Source: Candidatus Tectimicrobiota bacterium
GTDB taxonomy: Bacteria; JACPUC01
Reading direction: 5' to 3'
NCBI GenBank assembly: GCA_016192455.1
Contig: JACPUC010000008.1
Span: 248,001 to 312,000 of the forward strand
DNA length: 64,000 bases
Part shown: positions 18,392 through 28,577 of the stretch, piece after piece
Numbering within the stretch: the first letter of the stretch is position 1
Layout of the letters: every line of letters begins with the position of its first letter
Translations under genes and position numbers: made by a program
Notes under the pieces: generated by a model
Told to the model about the DNA's origin: nothing
The model's input: only the letters and a program-made list of their open reading frames with translations
Database searches by the model: none

Positions 18392-19684
18392 TCAGAGGCT
18401 GCGTGCCTGCGGCTCGCCGACGACCGGCTGCAGGCCTCGTTGCTCCGGGTCGATCTGGCGCAGCAGCAGGATGAGCAGCGTGGCGGCGCCCAGGATCGCG
18501 CTCGAGACGTAGAGCGCGACGGTGTAGTTTCCCGTCGTGTCGTAGACGTAGCCGGCATAGACCGGGCCGAGCACGGCGCCGACCTGATGGGCGCCGGCGA
18601 TCACCCCGAAGATGCCTCCCACCGAGAGCTTGCCGTAGAGGTCGCGCACGAAGGAGGAGGTGAGGGGAATCGTCGAGGTGAAGGTGAGGCCGAAGAGGAC
18701 CACGAAGATCATCAGGCCCACCGTCTCCCGCACCGTCGTGAGGTAGAGCATGGCGAGGCCGCGCATGGCGTAGCTGACGCTGAGCGGCAGGCGCCGTCCG
18801 ATGCGATCTGAGAGGCTGCCGGCGACGAGCATGCCGCCCACGCTGATGGCGCTCACCAGCCCCATCGACAGGGCCGCGAGCTGGCGCGAGAAGCCGAGGT
18901 CCAGCGCCAACACCACCAGGTGCGCCGTCATCATGCTCCAGGTGAAGCCGCAGGCGGTGAATCCCAGCAGCAGCATCCAGAACGCCTGGGTGCGGCAGGC
19001 GTCGAGCACGCCGACCGCCCGCTCCAGCGGCGCCTGAGAGTGGTGCTGCGGCAGCGCCGCGCCATCGAGGTCGGCGCCGACGTCGCGGGGCTGCTCCTTC
19101 ATGAAAAGGAGCAGCAACGGCACGACCAGCACGAGGAAGCCGCCCCCGAGCACCCCATAGGTCGTCGGCCAGCCGTAGGCGTCAATGCCGCGCACCACGA
19201 GGGGGAAGATGGTGAGCTGACCGCCGCCGATGCCGGCGAAGATGAGCGCCAGCGCCAGGCCCAGTCGGCGCGCGAACCAGCGGGCGGCGATCACCGCCTG
19301 GGCGACGACCCCCGAGCCGCCGTAGCCCGCGGCAACGACCACGCCATAGAAGAGGTAGAGCTGCCAGAGAGACCTCATGGCCGCCATGGCCAGGGAGCCC
19401 ACGCCGATGCAGAGCAGGCTCACTAGGAGCACGCGACGGACCCCGTAGCGATCCATGCAGCGGCCTATGATGATCTGGACGACGCCGTAGACGAACATGT
19501 GGAGGGAGATCGCCAGGGAGATGCGCGAGCGGCTCCAGCCGAACTCCGCCTCAAAGGAGGGGAAGAAGATGCCAAAGGCAAACACCACCCCGGAGATCAG
19601 GAACACGAGGTAGCTGCTGAGAGCGACAACAACCCAGCCGTAGTAGAGGCCGTCGGTGTGTTGCCGAGGGCTTGCCTGCTGCAT
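18392..19684 (-). CDS. MFS transporter
   Basis: YYGWVVV start, GRCMDRYGVRR and GSLSDRIGRR motif A, about 12 TM. Confidence 0.9.
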   Translation of the reverse strand: MQQASPRQHTDGLYYGWVVVALSSYLVFLISGVVFAFGIFFPSFEAEFGWSRSRISLAISLHMFVYGVVQIIIGRCMDRYGVRRVLLVSLLCIGVGSLAMAAMRSLWQLYLFYGVVVAAGYGGSGVVAQAVIAARWFARRLGLALALIFAGIGGGQLTIFPLVVRGIDAYGWPTTYGVLGGGFLVLVVPLLLLFMKEQPRDVGADLDGAALPQHHSQAPLERAVGVLDACRTQAFWMLLLGFTACGFTWSMMTAHLVVLALDLGFSRQLAALSMGLVSAISVGGMLVAGSLSDRIGRRLPLSVSYAMRGLAMLYLTTVRETVGLMIFVVLFGLTFTSTIPLTSSFVRDLYGKLSVGGIFGVIAGAHQVGAVLGPVYAGYVYDTTGNYTVALYVSSAILGAATLLILLLRQIDPEQRGLQPVVGEPQARSL

Positions 19685-19733
19685 CAGGGGGCTCCTGCGC
19701 AAGCGGCTCGCGGAGAGCTTTGGCGTGGTTGGT

Positions 19734-20309
19734 TCAGGAGGGTCGCGCGGCGCCTTCCCCTGGGCCGTGCCCCCGGCGATGATCCAGGCGGCGGTGATAG
19801 GCGGCGGAGAGGCCGGCGATTGACTTCGCGTCGCTGATCTCGAACCGCCAGACCATCTCCATCAGCTCTTCCAGAGGTCGCGGTTCAACACTCAGCACTT
19901 CATCGGCATCAAGCGTCTGCCGGCATGGGGTCAATCCCGTAGCGAGAAAGATGTGAATCTTCTCGTCGCAGAACCCCGGCGCCGTGAAGATTTCGGCGAT
20001 CTTCTCCAGCGACCCCGCCCGGTAACCTGTCTCCTCGGCCAGTTCGCGGTGCGCGCAGACTTCCGGCGTCTCCCCGGCGGCGAGCGTGCCGGCGGGAATT
20101 TCCCATAACCGGCCGCCGGTGGCGTGGCGGTACTGGTGCACCATGACGACCCTGCCGTCGGGCAGCAGCGGCACGATGGCGGCTGCCCCCATATGGCGGA
20201 TGATCTCCAGGCTGCAGGGCGTGCCGTTCGGCAGGGTGACGTCCTCCACGAACAGGTGGACGATGCGTCCTTTGTAGATCTCTCGTTTTCCATTCACCGT
20301 CGCAGTCAT
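19734..20309 (-). CDS. NUDIX hydrolase (ADP-ribose pyrophosphatase-like)
   Basis: Nudix box GTLAAGETPEVCAHRELAEETG; QYRH; APGFCDE. Confidence 0.9.
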   Translation of the reverse strand: MTATVNGKREIYKGRIVHLFVEDVTLPNGTPCSLEIIRHMGAAAIVPLLPDGRVVMVHQYRHATGGRLWEIPAGTLAAGETPEVCAHRELAEETGYRAGSLEKIAEIFTAPGFCDEKIHIFLATGLTPCRQTLDADEVLSVEPRPLEELMEMVWRFEISDAKSIAGLSAAYHRRLDHRRGHGPGEGAARPS

Positions 20310-20554
20310 GCTCGGCTCCTGCTGGGCTGCCGGCGGCGTGTCATGCTTGGCGAGGTACAGGCGCAAGGACCTCCACGCCTGGTTTCCAGTACGCCGCACG
20401 TTCAAGCCGGAAGGACGACCGGCCTCCCGACAACCGCCACTCTACTCTAGGGAAAGACGCAGATCAAATGGGAAGGGCTGCGGAGACACACCAGCACCTG
20501 GACGACGCGCATGGGACCAGCGGCGGATCGCTGGGTGCGTGGAAGCGGAGCCAC

Positions 20555-23167
20555 TCATTGCACCATAATGCGCACCTCCTCGAGAGGAGCCACGAGCTGC
20601 TCGATAGCGGCGGCGGCGCCGCTCCTGACCAGTCCCCCGAGCACCGTGAGCTCTCCCCGCAGCCCCTCTGGGATGATCCCCTCCAGGAGGGCGGGGAACT
20701 GCGTGCGTTGGCCGAGCGCCCGCGCGTAGGGTTGCGGCTCGAGGGTGAACGGGCTGAAGAGGTCGCGCGTGTAGAAGAGCAGCTCACCGGTCGGCAGCAG
20801 CAGGGCGAGGTAGGCATCAACCGCCACGCCAACCGCCGGCGGCGCCACCTCCGTGGAGACCGTCAGGCGCTCTCCCGCGCCGAGGGTGGTCGGCGTGGCG
20901 GTAAGCTGGAGCAGCCGCGTTTCCCCCGCGGCGGCCGTCGCATCGGCCTGCCCGGCAGCCTGCGGCGGCGGGTTCTCGGCCACCGTGATGGCGGCGCTGC
21001 CGTGAATCGCCAGCAGGCGCGGCCCGATCAGTGAGACGCGGCGGGCGCCCGCCAGCGTCGGGATGACGCCGGTGCTGTCGCGCAGTCTGGCCTCCACCGG
21101 CACGGTGCCGGGAGTGTGGAGCGCGCTCACCCTGCCGGCGGAGTTGATCGAGAGCACCTCGGGCGAGGCGGCCACCCAGTCCACGAGCTGCGTCACGTCA
21201 GACTCCATGCCGTTCGTGAACACGGTGACGGCCTGGAGCTGCAGCCGCTCGCCGAATCGCAGCGCCGCCGCGGCGGGTCGAATGTCGAGGCGCGCCAGGT
21301 CGGGGACCGGCACCAGGACGCGGTCGGTAATGTCGGTTCCCGCCGCCCCCGAGGAGGTTTCCACCCAGAGGTTAAGCTGGCCGCCGAGAATTTCGGAGAG
21401 GCTGGCGAAGGGGTAACCGGTCTCCGGATCAGCGTTCGGGGCGGTGCAGCCGGCGCTGCCGGCCGAGATGGTCGGCTCGTACCTGTCGCGGGCTCCTTCA
21501 AAACGGCAGCGAATCTCGACCACCGCCTGCTGCTCGCCTTGCGCCGGCACGACGCCGCTCATCGAGCCGCCGCTCAGGTTGAACACCAGATGGGAGAATT
21601 CAAGGCCCACGGAGCTGATGCCGCGGCCGTTCAGCGTCGCCTGTGCCGGAAACGCCGTGGGGTTGGCGAGGCCGCCGCGAAAGACGATGGTGCCAAAGCG
21701 GTCGCCCTCGGGTTGTGCCGACGTGAGGTTCAGGAGGCGCATCTCCTGGACCGCAAACGGTTCCCCAAAAACCACCCGCGCTTCGCTCAGGGCGACGTCG
21801 AAGCTCGCCGGCGGCAAGGGGGCGGCAGGCGTGCCGCTGCTGGGTTGCAGCGTCACCTGGAGGGGCGTCCCCGCTTCAACCGCCGTGTTGGAGCGGAACG
21901 GTGCAAACCCTTCGCGCCAGGCGACGACGCCGACGCTGACCCCCAGCGGCACCTCGGCGAGCTGGAACTCCCCCGCGCCATCGGCCACGCCCTGCACCCC
22001 GCCGACGCCGATGCGCACGCCAGCGAGCGGCGTCCCGGCGGCGTCGACGACGCTCCCCGCCACCTCGCCGAAACGCAGCGCCGCGGGGCCCGCGGCCACA
22101 AACTCAACGGCCAACCCCCCCGCGGTGTCCCTGGCGTTGAGCAGCCGCTGGTGACCATAGGCTTCGGCGCGCAGGTAGCGGCCTTCCGGCGCCGGCAGGG
22201 GAGTAAGCGCCAGGGAGGGCAGGTGCACCCGCAGCGCTTCGGGCGAGCGGCGGAAGGTGACGTAGGCGTGCGCGGCGGAGAAATCGACGGCGGGCAACGG
22301 CACCTCGCCGGGCAGCGGCACGCTCCCCACCACCGCGAAGCTGCGCAGGTCGAGGAGGCTCAGCAACGAGGGTGGCGTGCTGCCCACGTGGGTGATGAGC
22401 GCGTACCGTCCATCCGCCGAGATCTCTACCCGGAAAGGGTCCTTCTCCAGCGCAACAACCCGCAGCACCCGGAAATCGTCCAGCGCATAGACCCAGGCGC
22501 TGGCATCCTCCAAGTTGACCACGACCGCCAGCGCTCCATCCGGGGTGACCGCCACATCGTAGGGTCCAATGCCCGCGGCCGGCGTGCTGACCACCTCGAA
22601 GGTGTCGCCGCTGATCACCATGAGGCGGTTGATGAACTGGCTGACAACGAGGATGAAGCGCCCATCGGGCGTCACGGCGATGCCGCGCGGTCCGTCGCCG
22701 ACGGTCACCCGCCGGCGCACCTCCAGCGTCTCGGCATCGAAGATCAGCAGCTCATCGAGGGGTTCCGAAGCAACGCTCCGCGAGGAGCTCGTATCGGGGT
22801 CCTGATTCACCGTCAGGAGATGCGCTCCGTCCGGTGTGAGGGCCAGGGCGAAGGCGGAGAAGCGATCCACGACGGCGGAGTCGCTTCGTTCCATGCTGGC
22901 GAGGTGGACGGACGTGAGGAGACCCGTGCTCTGCTCACCCTCGACCGGGGGAAGATCAACGGTGAAGGAGAAGCGCTGGCTGGCGGGGTGGAGCACGAAG
23001 TGCTCGCTCGTGAGGTCCGAAAGCCGCAGGGGGACTCCCTGGGCGTGGGCGGCACCCCCCATGCTGAGAAGGTGCAGCAGGAGCAGCAGGGGGAAGACCC
23101 TAAGGAAGACCCAAGCAAGACACCGCCAACATCCCGCAGCGCCGTCCGCGCGCCCAGTATCGTCCAC
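20555..23167 (-). CDS. Secreted protein with YVTN-type beta-propeller, carboxypeptidase-regulatory-like and Ig-like domains
   Basis: Signal peptide (..AAHA/QG), repeats VGDGPRGIAVTPDG / GIGPYDVAVTPDG, GSVVDAAGTPLAGV, Big_2-like DVTQLVDW. Confidence 0.7.
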   Translation of the reverse strand: MDDTGRADGAAGCWRCLAWVFLRVFPLLLLLHLLSMGGAAHAQGVPLRLSDLTSEHFVLHPASQRFSFTVDLPPVEGEQSTGLLTSVHLASMERSDSAVVDRFSAFALALTPDGAHLLTVNQDPDTSSSRSVASEPLDELLIFDAETLEVRRRVTVGDGPRGIAVTPDGRFILVVSQFINRLMVISGDTFEVVSTPAAGIGPYDVAVTPDGALAVVVNLEDASAWVYALDDFRVLRVVALEKDPFRVEISADGRYALITHVGSTPPSLLSLLDLRSFAVVGSVPLPGEVPLPAVDFSAAHAYVTFRRSPEALRVHLPSLALTPLPAPEGRYLRAEAYGHQRLLNARDTAGGLAVEFVAAGPAALRFGEVAGSVVDAAGTPLAGVRIGVGGVQGVADGAGEFQLAEVPLGVSVGVVAWREGFAPFRSNTAVEAGTPLQVTLQPSSGTPAAPLPPASFDVALSEARVVFGEPFAVQEMRLLNLTSAQPEGDRFGTIVFRGGLANPTAFPAQATLNGRGISSVGLEFSHLVFNLSGGSMSGVVPAQGEQQAVVEIRCRFEGARDRYEPTISAGSAGCTAPNADPETGYPFASLSEILGGQLNLWVETSSGAAGTDITDRVLVPVPDLARLDIRPAAAALRFGERLQLQAVTVFTNGMESDVTQLVDWVAASPEVLSINSAGRVSALHTPGTVPVEARLRDSTGVIPTLAGARRVSLIGPRLLAIHGSAAITVAENPPPQAAGQADATAAAGETRLLQLTATPTTLGAGERLTVSTEVAPPAVGVAVDAYLALLLPTGELLFYTRDLFSPFTLEPQPYARALGQRTQFPALLEGIIPEGLRGELTVLGGLVRSGAAAAIEQLVAPLEEVRIMVQ

Positions 23168-23312
23168 GGCGAGGTCCGCTCCGATTCGGGAAGCAAGAGA
23201 AACATCAGATCATTGAATAGATATGCACCAACCTAAATTATTTGTAAAGCACAAAATGAGAGCACCCGTGCTCCCACACCCCCGCGCTGCGTTCCCACCT
23301 CGCCACGAACCT

Positions 23313-24629
23313 TCATGTCATCGGCGGGTCGAGATCCGGGGTCCGCATGATCTCCCGCAGCACGGCGGTGGCGAAGCTGCCGGCGGGGAGCGCGAAGCTG
23401 ACGCGCAGGCTCCAGGAGGCCGCGGCCTCCGCCCCGCCGCCGCGCCGCATGCCGGATTCGCCCCCCTCGCCCTCACCCTCCCCGGCCTCTCCCTCCTTCT
23501 GCTCCCAGGTGTGCCGCCAGTTCTCCAGGGGTACGCGGTAGGGACGCCGCTCGCCGGTGAGATGGACGCCGCAGATGGCGCCGCAAAAATCCTCGAGACG
23601 CACCTCGTCGCCTGCCAACACCTCGGCTTCGAGGCGCGCCGCCTCCCCCGCCGCCTGCAGGAGCTTCGCCCCGAACAGGGGACCGGCGGGGCTGATGGCG
23701 AATGCGGCCAGGCGATCCTCCTCGGCCCCGGGATGTTCCACGTGGAACGCGGCGCCGTTCACGTGCTTCACCGCCACGTCGCCGTCGAACAGACGATCAA
23801 TGGCAGGCAGCCGCCGCGCCAGGCAGCGATTGAAGAGGAGGGACTGGTAGGCGGTGAGGTAGCGCCAGGCGTGCTCGTGGCGCAGGGCTTGGGCGGCGCG
23901 GCGGGCGTCGCCGCCGTGGCGTTGCAGCAGCTCGAGGAGGGTGCGCTCCTCGCGCTGGCCGTGGCCGAGCGCCCGCAGGGCCGCCTCCGGCCTTCCTTCG
24001 CGAAGCGCCCGGCGGGCGGCCTCGAGCTGCTCATCGGGGCGCGTCGCGCTGCTGAGGAGCGCCGGCCAGACTTCGTCCCAAGCGCCGCGCAGCAGGGCGC
24101 GACCGACGCGCTGGTTGTTGCCGTGTCGCCCGAAGCGCTGCGGCCCGAAGAGGTTCGGCACGCCGCGCTGGTGCAGGGTGTGCACGACCGCCAGGAGGTC
24201 AGGCTCCTGGTTGGGCAGCACGCCGCCGAGGCGGATGGTGAAGCGGTTGCCGCGCAGGTGGCCGAGGCGCAGCTTGTTGCGGTGCCGCGTGGCGACGAGA
24301 ACCCGCAGCCCCCGCTCGGCAAAGCCGGCCGCCGCGTCTGGATCAACGCCGTGCAGCGACACCCATTGCCGCGTCACCGCCTGCACGTCCTTCAGCCCGG
24401 CATAGCCCGCGGCGGGCGGCATCACCCCCAGGGTGCGGCAGAGGCGGCGGACGGCCTCGGTCGTGCTCAGCCCCTGTTTCTCAATCCACAGGTAGGCGTG
24501 CTCGCCCGCGCCGCATGGCTCGTAGAGCGGCAGTTCTTCAACGACGAAGTCCTCGGGCGCCTGCTTCAGCGTGCCGCCGATGCCACGCTGTCCGCAGAGG
24601 TATCCGAGGGGGTCGCGGGCGAGGGGCAT
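23313..24629 (-). CDS. truD: tRNA pseudouridine(13) synthase
   Basis: PEDFVVEE, AGLKDVQAVTRQW, KLRLGHLRGNRF, GVPNLFGPQRFG, FALPAGSFAT. Confidence 0.95.
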   Translation of the reverse strand: MPLARDPLGYLCGQRGIGGTLKQAPEDFVVEELPLYEPCGAGEHAYLWIEKQGLSTTEAVRRLCRTLGVMPPAAGYAGLKDVQAVTRQWVSLHGVDPDAAAGFAERGLRVLVATRHRNKLRLGHLRGNRFTIRLGGVLPNQEPDLLAVVHTLHQRGVPNLFGPQRFGRHGNNQRVGRALLRGAWDEVWPALLSSATRPDEQLEAARRALREGRPEAALRALGHGQREERTLLELLQRHGGDARRAAQALRHEHAWRYLTAYQSLLFNRCLARRLPAIDRLFDGDVAVKHVNGAAFHVEHPGAEEDRLAAFAISPAGPLFGAKLLQAAGEAARLEAEVLAGDEVRLEDFCGAICGVHLTGERRPYRVPLENWRHTWEQKEGEAGEGEGEGGESGMRRGGGAEAAASWSLRVSFALPAGSFATAVLREIMRTPDLDPPMT

Positions 24630-25022
24630 TTTCTTCGTCTCCACGGTGGGTCGTCTCCGGAAAGCGAGGTGTGGCGCGGGAGGGACCGGCCGTAGCTCCT
24701 CACGGCGGGCGATCAGGCGCAGACCTGCACCGCGCTGCCGCCGCGAAGCCATCGCAGGACGGTAGTGTAACAAGGGTGGACGCGGAGGAACAGGCCCGCC
24801 GGCGCAGGAGCCGAGCGGTTCGGGGCCGCTTGCCGGCGGGCAGGCTAGGTCTTATATTGTGACCACCCCTCGGCTTCAGCCACGCCCGTGAGTCTCTTCT
24901 CCGGGGATGAGCGTCCGCGGGTGGCGGGGTGAAAGGCGAGGGTGCAACCCCGCCCGCCCCTTTCCAGAGGTCGCGGGGAGACGAACCCGCGCTGCCGTTT
25001 GCCTCTCCTGGGTGCGCGAGCC

Positions 25023-25511
25023 ATGGCCGCAAAGGACGCCGCGAAAAACGGCGTCAAGATCATCTGTCAGAACAAGAAAGCGCGCTTCGAGTACGAGGTG
25101 ATCGAGACGCTGGAGGCGGGGCTTGCCCTGCAGGGCACCGAGGTGAAGTCGCTGCGCGAGGGGCGGGCCAACCTGGCGGACAGCTACGCCGTCATCGAGG
25201 ATGGCGAGGTGATCCTGCTGAACTGCCACATCAGCCCCTACGCCCCGGGGAACATTCACAACCACAATCCGCTGCGGCCGCGCAAGCTCCTGTTGCACAA
25301 GCGCGAGATTCGCCGGCTCTACGGCAAGCTGGCGGAACGGGGCCTGACGGCGGTTCCCCTGCGCCTTTACTTCCGCAACGGGCTGGCCAAGGCTGAAATC
25401 GCCCTGGTGCGCGGCAAGAAGCTGTACGACAAGCGCGAGACCATCAAGCGCCGCGACGCCCAGCGCGACATCGAGCGCGTCTTCCGCCGCAGCCAGCGGG
25501 GCGGGAAGTAG
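25023..25511 (+). CDS. smpB: SsrA-binding protein
   Basis: NKKARFEY, EAGLALQGTEVKSLR, RKLLLHKREI, GKKLYDKRE. Confidence 0.98.
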   Translation: MAAKDAAKNGVKIICQNKKARFEYEVIETLEAGLALQGTEVKSLREGRANLADSYAVIEDGEVILLNCHISPYAPGNIHNHNPLRPRKLLLHKREIRRLYGKLAERGLTAVPLRLYFRNGLAKAEIALVRGKKLYDKRETIKRRDAQRDIERVFRRSQRGGK

Positions 25512-25778
25512 CAGCCTCTCCCTCGAGGTCGGTAGGTTTGCCTCTCCCCCAAACTCAGCTCCCGAAAACTTGTCCCCACCGGAAACCAAGAGCCAGGACC
25601 CGCCCGCGATCTCCCTCCCCGGAAGCGGCGGTTAACTCGCTTGCGAAACCCATCGACGTCTTCGAGGTAGCCGTGGCGATGACCAACGGCGACGCCAGGG
25701 AGGTGCCCCTAAACGCCTTTTCTGGCAAGAATTTAGCCTCGATTGACTGAAATTAGCTGAAAGACAATTTGACCTTTC

Positions 25779-25792
25779 TTGACATACATCAA
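25779..25792. promoter_or_regulatory. FNR/CRP-family binding site
   Basis: TTGAC-ATAC-ATCAA, one mismatch from TTGAT-N4-ATCAA, in the AT-rich region upstream of the cytochrome gene. Confidence 0.65.
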
Positions 25793-26144
25793 GGTAATGA
25801 TAGACTCCAGGAAAGACATGTGTCAATTGTGGCGCGTGATTGGATCACAGCGTGACCCGATGCTTTCAGCAGGTCGTGAGCCGTGGGGGGATTGACTGCC
25901 TGTAGCCGGGGGGCTTGATCTATCCGGGCGGCCGACGAGGCTGAGGTTTTGCTGGGCCCGCGAGCCGGCGCCGGAAGAGGATGAACGCTACAGGTCTTGT
26001 TCACGCGAGGAACGGAAAGGAGGTGATTTCAGTCCAGGGCAAGGGCAGAGCCGCGTCTCGCGCAAGGTGAGAACCGTGCTGGCGGCTGCAAACCTTCCGC
26101 AGTGGCGCGCCGCTGTCCATGCGCAGCGATACCACACAGCCTAG

Positions 26145-27731
26145 ATGGAAAGGAAACCGCTGATGAGACGTTTCGTCCTTTGCATGGGAGTTGTGGTCTG
26201 TCTGTTGGTGGCAGGTGCGGCGGCGGAAGCGCAGGCGCCCGTCGATTTCAGCAACGCCACCACCACGGTACTGCCCGACGGCAATGTGCGCATCAACAAT
26301 GTGCGAGTGAATCTGCCCCCCGATGTCGTCGGCACATTTTTCGCCACCTTCGCCTTCACGCTCGAGATTCCGGGGTACCGCTTGGTCGATTTCGGCCCCT
26401 GGATTGGCTCGGAAGGCGGCGGCCCCTTCGATACCTACTTCTCCCTCGCGGTGGTCGAGAACGGCCACAACCACGCCGGGGCGAACCTGCTGTTCCTTGA
26501 CTTCAACGGCGACACCCCATCAGCAAACACCGTGGTGTCGAGGCGCGTGTCGGCCAACTCCATCCGCCTCGACGGCAGCATGGCCGATTGGGATCCAACC
26601 ATGCTCAGCACGATCCCGGGCCGGCCGATGAATAACTACCCGCTGAGCGAGTTCTTCGACGCCATCAACACGGAGATCACCGTCGGCTCGGCTTACGACG
26701 AGGAGAACTTCTATCTCCTGGTGAGTTGGCTCGATGCCAACAACGACCGCAGCGACCGGCGCAACGAATGGCAGTTCGACGGCACGAGCTGGAGCGCGTT
26801 GACGCACGCGCGGGTGGCGGCGGGAACCCGGCAGGCGAACGTCGTGAATCGCGACGATCGGCTCTCCGGTGCTGAAAGTGAAGACCGCGTCCTCATCTTC
26901 TTCCCGATCGTCGATACGGAAAACAACTTCACCGCCGGCGGCATCGGCTGCGGCGCGTATTGCCACGCCAATCTCGCGAGGAGCGGCAATCCCGCCACGA
27001 CGAACATCGCGGAGGGGGTGTCGGTGATGGCCACGAACGTCGCCGGCGACCTCGGCGACGAATGGCACTGGAAGGCGGCGCGCAGCGCCCCCATGGGCTC
27101 CGCCGACGACCGCAAGGTCTCCTTCGCCGAAGGGACGGCGGATGGCCGCGGCTCCGACGCGGGGCGCGGCACCGACGGCAGCAACTCCAATCAGGCCGGC
27201 GATGGGCCGTCGTTCATGCCCATCGGCGGCGGCTCGGCCCGCGTGCTTTACGACGCCGCCAAGCAGCCGCTCGACCAAAGCCTGCTCCGCGCCGGAGATT
27301 TCCTCCCGTTTGCCGTCTCCCGCGCGCCGCAGGGCAGCCGCGGCGAAGTTCGCACGGTGGATTCGTTCGACCCGGCGACGGGTCGCTGGGTGGTCGAGTT
27401 CCAGCGCAAGATGTTCACCGGCAACCCTGACGATCACCAGTTCACCGAAGGGCCCGATGCCGCGCCGCCAACGAGCCCGGCGGTGAATTTCGGTGATAGC
27501 GCCAGCGGCCGACCCCTCTACGCCCAGAAGTGCGCGGCCTGCCACGGCGCCAGCGGCGAAGGTGTGTTCGCCGGCGATGCGTGGTCGGTTCCGCGGGTGC
27601 AGCGCACCAGCAGCCCGCTCATCCTGCGGGCCATTCGCTACGTGCCGGCCATGCGTGGCGTCGAGCTTGCGCCGCAGCAAGCCGAGGATATTGCGGCGTT
27701 TCTGCAAACGCAGATCATCGCGCAGCAGTAG
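26145..27731 (+). CDS. Secreted ethylbenzene-dehydrogenase-gamma-like (DOMON heme-b) protein with a C-terminal monoheme cytochrome c
   Basis: Signal peptide; DG...DW, AYDEENFYLLVSWLD, SEDRV, GCGAYCH, DEWHWKAARS, RWVVEFQRK; C-terminal CAACH with a downstream Met. Confidence 0.7.
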   Translation: MERKPLMRRFVLCMGVVVCLLVAGAAAEAQAPVDFSNATTTVLPDGNVRINNVRVNLPPDVVGTFFATFAFTLEIPGYRLVDFGPWIGSEGGGPFDTYFSLAVVENGHNHAGANLLFLDFNGDTPSANTVVSRRVSANSIRLDGSMADWDPTMLSTIPGRPMNNYPLSEFFDAINTEITVGSAYDEENFYLLVSWLDANNDRSDRRNEWQFDGTSWSALTHARVAAGTRQANVVNRDDRLSGAESEDRVLIFFPIVDTENNFTAGGIGCGAYCHANLARSGNPATTNIAEGVSVMATNVAGDLGDEWHWKAARSAPMGSADDRKVSFAEGTADGRGSDAGRGTDGSNSNQAGDGPSFMPIGGGSARVLYDAAKQPLDQSLLRAGDFLPFAVSRAPQGSRGEVRTVDSFDPATGRWVVEFQRKMFTGNPDDHQFTEGPDAAPPTSPAVNFGDSASGRPLYAQKCAACHGASGEGVFAGDAWSVPRVQRTSSPLILRAIRYVPAMRGVELAPQQAEDIAAFLQTQIIAQQ

Positions 27732-28163
27732 TAAGCAGAGCCGAGGCGCGCCAACGCCGCTTCGGGGGCGCGATCCGCGCGTGGTCACAGCATCGCCGCG
27801 CCAGGCGCCGACGCCAGGCGCGTTGGCGTGGCATCGCTGCCGCTCGGTGAGCAGGGGGTGTGGGGGATCCTTAGATCCCCCACCCATTACTCCCGCACCG
27901 ATTTCACTTCCGACAAAACACCTCTCCTGGCATGTTCGTGAACGCCGCAGAAGCAATCAAGGGAAGAAAATCTGCCTCGTTCGTGTTATATTGAGAAGTA
28001 AAGACGAGGAGGGAGGCTCCATCGTGCGCGGAGCTGGCGGCCGGAGAGTGATGGCGTGAGCCGCCGCTCCCAGGGTCCAGGCAGCCAGATCACGCCGCGG
28101 GGACGAGCCGCGGGGGGCCGAGGGGCGCCTCGGCTATCGTCAGGCAACGCACTCATTCAGAAA

Positions 28164-28531
28164 GGGGGCGAACTGGGTTCGACGGGGGTAATTGAGCGTT
28201 TTGCTGCATGCCGAGGTCGTCACCAACCTCGTAAATCAGGTGGCACACCAAGCAAGTGCGGAAACCGAAGCACTTCCTCTGGCTGCGTAACAACTCGGCC
28301 AGCGTTCTCCCTGCCCGCGCCTCTGGGGTGGGATGAGGGCGTCATAAACAGAGACTAGCGCCGCAGGTTCCGCCTGGCTGCCTGTCGCGCGAACCAACGC
28401 CGGACTAGGGACCGGTTGTATCCCCCGCCCGTGGGAGTGACCGGCCCGAAATATCCAATAACGAGGCTACGCATGTAGACGCACGGCGTGAAGACCTTCG
28501 GACGCGGGTTCGATTCCCGCCGCCTCCACCA
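28164..28531 (+). ncRNA. ssrA: tmRNA; tag peptide AETEALPLAA (28258-28290)
   Basis: GGGGGCG / CGCCTCC-ACCA acceptor stem with G3.U, 5' TTCGAC, 3' T-arm GGTTCGATTCCC, LAA-stop tag frame; smpB nearby. Confidence 0.97.
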
Positions 28532-28577
28532 ACTACGAAGCTTCCCATCATGGGCTGTCGCGGCGGATAATGACGAA

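Noticed and set aside
24780-25022. Riboswitch in the GC-rich hairpins between truD and smpB
   Set aside because: Hairpins exist but show no recognisable aptamer consensus, and are expected by chance at this GC content
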